Part shown: positions 58,471 through 64,000 of the stretch, piece after piece | Layout of the letters: every line of letters starts with the position of its first letter | How positions within the stretch are numbered: position 1 is the first letter of the stretch | Assembly: GCA_964016885.1 (NCBI GenBank) | Contig: OZ024745.1 | Location: 51,956,001-52,020,000 of the forward strand | DNA: 64,000 nucleotides | Direction of reading: 5' to 3' | Origin: Eledone cirrhosa | Taxonomy: Eukaryota | Position numbers and translations under genes: made by a program | Notes under the pieces: generated by a model | The model's database searches: none | What the model was told of the DNA's origin: nothing | The model's input: the letters and a program-made list of their open reading frames with translations, nothing else

Positions 58471-59302
58471 TATATATTTTTTGTATTGTTTTGTAATTTT
58501 TGTATTTTTTGTGTATTTTATATTTTGTATTTTATGTTTTGATTTATGTAATAGAAATATTAAGTATGTATTTGCCTAACTACTACGTTTCATACTGTAA
58601 TATCCCCTCCGTTCTATTGTACGGTACTATCGTTCAATATATGGATAATATATCTGTAATATTGACCCTTCTTACTATAATTTAAACATCTCCCTATTTA
58701 TTAGTATAAATCCATATATTGAATATATGTAATATTGATCCTTCTTACTATAATTTAGACATCTCCCTATTTATTAGTTATTATATGTAAATATATTTTT
58801 TTACTTACTTTAATCAAGATTTTTAAATTTTTGATTTTTAATTTTTAGTTTTAATTTCTAATCCTCAATCATAATTTACAAAGTGAGACCATAATGCCTA
58901 GAAATAAGTATATATTCTCTTAGCGGGTGATGGTCAATTCTACTGTCCATGTTTAATTTAGGGGTAGTATTGAGACCTATTGAAACTCATACTCTCCCAC
59001 CCCCAGTAGCTTTCGGCCAAATGCCACTGGCAGGTCGGCTAGCAGTAAACTATGACCGTGTCATATTACAGACCTGGATGGGGTGATTGTTTGGTAGAGA
59101 GGGGGACCTGCCTAGGCGAGTTTCGTAGAATTTTGGGGTAGTTGATGGTCAACTTCCTTCGGACTTGCGCCTACGCAGACCGGTGGGGGTGAATTGGGAC
59201 TAACAGTGGAACGAGCGAATAATTCAAGAGCACAAGCTTTGTCCGTTCCCATGTCGATTCAATTTAGATTGCCTGGGAAACATAACCTTATTATGTAAGG
59301 AT

Positions 59303-59375
59303 CTGTCTGATGATGTGACGGCACTGGGCGCACCGGACTGTGTGTCCACTGTCGTCATTGAATTATATATCACAG
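59303..59375 (+). ncRNA. Type I hammerhead motif (GAAA mutated to GAAT)
   Basis: ctgt-CTGATGA-tg-tgacggca...tgtcgtca-tt-GAAT-tatata-TC-acag. Confidence 0.6.
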
Positions 59376-59428
59376 CATTATCATTAAAGGACTTTAATAT
59401 CTGAAACTACCTCGCTTTTTCTCATTCG

Positions 59429-59536
<108 letters not shown>

Positions 59537-59808
59537 CAGTCTGCCCCCCGCCCAGCCAGTTGGATGGCGTTATCTTATGGCTAAAACAGCACACAGTGCT
59601 ATGACCAGCGGCGCCGATTGGCGCCCGAAACGGCCCGCTTGTGTATAAAACTACGGATTATATACAAGTTTCTACATAACCTGAAAATTATTTATCCTAA
59701 ATTGTAGAAATCTTATAACGAAACGGCCGTCAGGAAGGAAAGAGACATTCATTTAATAATGTCTCATGTCAAATAATACAACTAGCTATCCACGAAATAC
59801 TGATTAGT

Positions 59809-60279
<471 letters not shown>

Positions 60280-60332
60280 CGAATAAGAAGAAGCGAAGTA
60301 GTTTCAGATATTAAAGTCCTTTAATGATAATT

Positions 60333-60405
60333 CTGTGATACATATTTCAATGACGACAGTGGCCACACGGTTAGGTACGCCCAGTGTCGTGACATCATCA
60401 GACAG
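60333..60405 (-). ncRNA. Type I hammerhead ribozyme motif, canonical core
   Basis: Minus strand: ctgt-CTGATGA-tgtcacgaca...tgtcgtcatt-GAAA-tatgta-TC-acag. The site is AUC and stem II is extended. Confidence 0.75.
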
Positions 60406-60489
60406 CTCCTTACATAATAAGGTTAGGTTTCCGAGGCAATCCAAATTGAATCGCCATGGGAACGGACAAAGCGTGTGCTCTTGAATTTA

Positions 60490-60620
60490 ATTTATAATAA
60501 ATTTGAGTGAAGCAATTGGTGCGCGTGTTTGTTATTGGCAACATGACCCACCCAAAGTATAACAATATCGGTTTGAACACACGTTTTCATATAAATAATC
60601 TTGCTAAACAAATTCAGAAA

Positions 60621-60668
<48 letters not shown>

Positions 60669-60800
60669 TTTCTGAAATTGTTTAGCAAGATTCTTTATCT
60701 GAAAACGTGTGTTAAAACCGATATTGTTATACTTTGGTTGGGTCATGTTGCCAATAAGAAACACACGCACCAAATGCTTTACTCCAATATATTATTAATT
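60490..60800. repeat. Diverged palindrome (~130 bp arms) centred on (TA)n
   Basis: Arms ~60490-60622 and ~60667-60800, with mirrored ORF translations on both strands. Confidence 0.9.
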
Positions 60801-61049
60801 AAATTATAAATTTAAACAGATTTAACAATTTCTGGTTGGTTGTTTGGTTCCACAACCGGACGGTTGTTCATATATTGTCAAAGTTCTTTCGTCACATATT
60901 ATGTGACCTCATCAGTGACCGGGAATTATTTTCTATTTTTTTTGCCTCTCCTTTGTTTTGTGTGTGTTGTGTGCTTAGTTTGCGCATGTGTTACACCCGG
61001 GTGTCTTTTAGAATCGCCGAGTAAAATTAGGATTGATTTTGAAAGAAGT

Positions 61050-62300
61050 ATCAACGGTGTTTGTAAGACAGAGAGAATTTTGTACAGCACCACTCGGATA
61101 TGATAGCGATACTAAACGCAGAACACAGAAACTTACGAGAAAGTGGTAAAGACATTTTTGATGGTGTTATTTCTTCAACTCTTTTTACGTTTCACGAATG
61201 CACTCCTGGATTTTGCTTGTCTGTTGTCCGATTCCCTCTCAATACTAGTATCGGTGGAAATTATACTCTCAAGATAGCAGAACTGATTTCAACTGCTAAA
61301 TGGAATACGAGGTAAATGGTAGGCATCCTTTGGAGCAGGCTGGTAGAAGGCGTCACTTTTGTTCAAACTGACCGCCAAGTAAGGCGTTGTATGCCTCTTT
61401 CAGTGTGACAAACAGATGCGGCATCGACAGACAACAGGAGCTCACACATAGGTATTTTGGTGAATGTAGGTTAAAGAAGCTTCCACCGGCCTGGAATCTG
61501 ATGTAGACTCCTTCGTTTATTTATAGACATTTGGGGGCTTGTTCATGCTAAAAAGTAAAGAAAACAGTATTGGTGCAAGAACGTGATTTGGAAAAGCTGG
61601 GCCAGATCATTTCCAAATCTGGCCTGAGCTCCTTTTAAACTGTTTATGATGATTGCATTACGGAATGCTGGAGGAAGTGTGTAATGTTCCCAGCAAATGA
61701 AAAGATTTTCACGGTGTCTGGAGAGAATGGAAAAGCAAATACTGATGCAACCTTCAGGCATATGAGCTATATACTTCAGTCTCTACCGACCCTCAACAGC
61801 TTAATGCTTTGTATATTTTCCTTCAGTGTTATTGGTTTCTTAAGCTTGTCTCTCACATGTATCTGGAGTAAATTGTTGTGTTAAGGACCATGCGGCTGGT
61901 GCTAAAGAGACTCCGAAAGTATTCAGTCCAGCGAACCAAGATGTATACTTGTTATTTATACTTCTGGATTTTGGTGAGGGCAGGCCTGTAGGTACGCTGG
62001 ACCATAGACTACTTTCAGTTCTTGATATAACAAGTCATAGTTTCTTGTGACTGCATATGTCTATTTCCCGGAGACTGTACTGAATCTTAATTCAGCTGTG
62101 GTAGAAGGCTACATTATTTTGAGAGAAAATAGGGTACTAAGTAGGGCTGGAATGCTTACCGCCTCTAAGTAAGGAACTCTTCTATTTCACTCTTATTATC
62201 ATCAAAACTCTCTTCACGAATTCAAGCGATTGTTGAGCAAACTGCATAAAAATGGAGCAATTATCTAGTGGTGGATGGCTGGAGGAAATGGGAGAGGTCA
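61050..62300 (-). mobile_element. Degenerate RTE (BovB-like) LINE
   Basis: Minus-strand remnants include LVRWTEYFRSLF, LFICWEH.TLP..FRNAIII, FYQPAP and QFCYLESIISTDTSIERESDNRQAKSRSAF. Confidence 0.7.
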
Positions 62301-64000
62301 CTCGATTATTGACGGGTGGGCGAAGAAGAAGGAAAGAAAATAACCAGGTATATTTTAAGTAGCGTAGAAGGGGATTATATATAAATATATATTTGTATAT
62401 ATATGTATGTATGTATGTGTGTGTGTGTATGTGTGTATGTGTGTGTGTATGTTTGTGTGTGTGTGTGTGGATGTGTGTGTGTGTGCGAGCGTGTGTGTAT
62501 ATGTATGTATGTATATGTTGCCCTTACCATGTGCATTTATTGTGAACTGTATTGATAAATGCAATTATTTCGTTAATGAATATACTTAATCTAAATTATT
62601 TGGAATAATTTCAGTATCTTAGTTCTTTCAAGATTTGAAGCATATTAAGTCGTATAATGCAATTTATAACATAGATTTCAACAAATCGCCTGCTGAAAAA
62701 TAATAGAATTTTAACCTGATTATATAAACTGGTTTTTAAAACTGTCAATAAAATTGTAAAAATAAATCACTGACATAAAATATATTATTTTTCCTTTACG
62801 TATTGTTGTGCTTTTATATGTTTATATTTATGAGCATGCGTAGCTTAGTACATGTTTCATTTTTCGTTTTTCTATTTCACTCTGCTCGTTTATCTAAGTC
62901 TTGTCAACATTTCACTGGTAATTTAATTTAAATATGAAATGTTTTGCAGCAAAATTAATGTTTAACTTGAATAAATTGGATTTCACATCTTGCCGTATCC
63001 GTTGCAATTTGTTGCTTAAATCATATTGTTTCACCGGTAATCACATATTAATATATTTAATTCCCAACAGATTCGCAAAGATTTATGCCTTACGTTATCA
63101 GTTACATGAAAGAAATATATTGTGAAGAAAACAAACCAAAATTCAGGCTGTTTCATTTCCTTCTACAATATATGTGAATATCTCTAATAGCTTAAATATA
63201 TTATTATACGTTTCCAAATTTCCATTTTCTGTCACTCTTCAACACTCGCTCTCCAATTCTATCCGTTTGTCAATTCCTTATTACCCTTCTATATTTCTTT
63301 CCCACATAACTATTTATTTGTCTACGTCAATCAGTTGTATAATATTTTATAACATTTCACTTTATTGGAAAAGCAACCGAAAAGCTATTTTATCCTACAT
63401 AATTTATAAAAGTTACCCTCAAACTCTAATATCAACTCTATAATATTTAAATAAGAAGCAATTATATTAGTGATAGCTAGAGATACAGAGACAAACAGTT
63501 ATGGATCTCTTGTGGTTGGTAGTATCATAAAGCTTATCGCATTTGAAATATGATATTCTGCTGCTTGTTTCCATTTATGTTGTAAGAGATATATTTTCAT
63601 AAATGCTGAAAGATATATACATATTTCTATGCATGGACATTCCTTTAGAATGTTCTGCCCTAGAATATTCATAAGATCAGTTTTAGAGATCACCGCCTTC
63701 CTAGGATATAACCTTTTCGTGTCAAATACGTTTATGTTTCATATATTAGCATGTTCTGCTTGAGTTACTTTCCCTCGCGCCTAACATGTTTAAGACATAT
63801 TTCGAAATTATTACATTTGGATAAAAGGGCAATGTGAGTACCATAATTGACGATTCTTGGACAAGATATTATAATTATTTATGGTACAATTTTAGGTTCT
63901 GCGCTCAAATCACAATATTAGATTCATCTTTTTAATCTCCGATAAATAAAACGGCTTATCTACTACTCTAATTTAATCGGTCTAACAAGAAATGCATATT

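Noticed and set aside
58656-58778. ~50 bp local direct duplication
   Set aside because: An ordinary slippage-type duplication with no further structure.

Overview
AT-rich, microsatellite-rich animal DNA with no recognisable host gene. The SINE families resemble those I recall from octopus or other cephalopods; that organism call is an inference. Nearly all interpretable sequence is mobile DNA. (1) A ~16 kb pile-up at 30160-46500 sits in (TAA)n tracts. It holds a degraded Tx1/L1-type LINE on the minus strand, four R4/Dong-type RT+RLE retrotransposon copies from two families on the plus strand, and two SINEs. (2) Scattered elements include tRNA-derived SINEs (some with clear 17-18 bp TSDs), two Helitron-like elements, and decayed RTE, CRE, Tx1, R4 and Penelope fragments. 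(3) The most interesting signal is a set of at least seven unrelated non-coding repeat families, each anchored in (TA)n and found as solo copies, tandem arrays or inverted pairs. Each carries a type I hammerhead-ribozyme fold, mostly with a palindromic stem III. Examples are a 3x556 bp array with an inverted tail at 21921-23764 and an intact motif at 27088-27130. Three families share the compensated U3-A8 core (UUGANAA) and one has a CAGAAGA core. The architecture fits Penelope-like pseudo-LTRs or non-autonomous retrozymes. All folds and alignments were read by eye, and no ribozyme activity has been shown.
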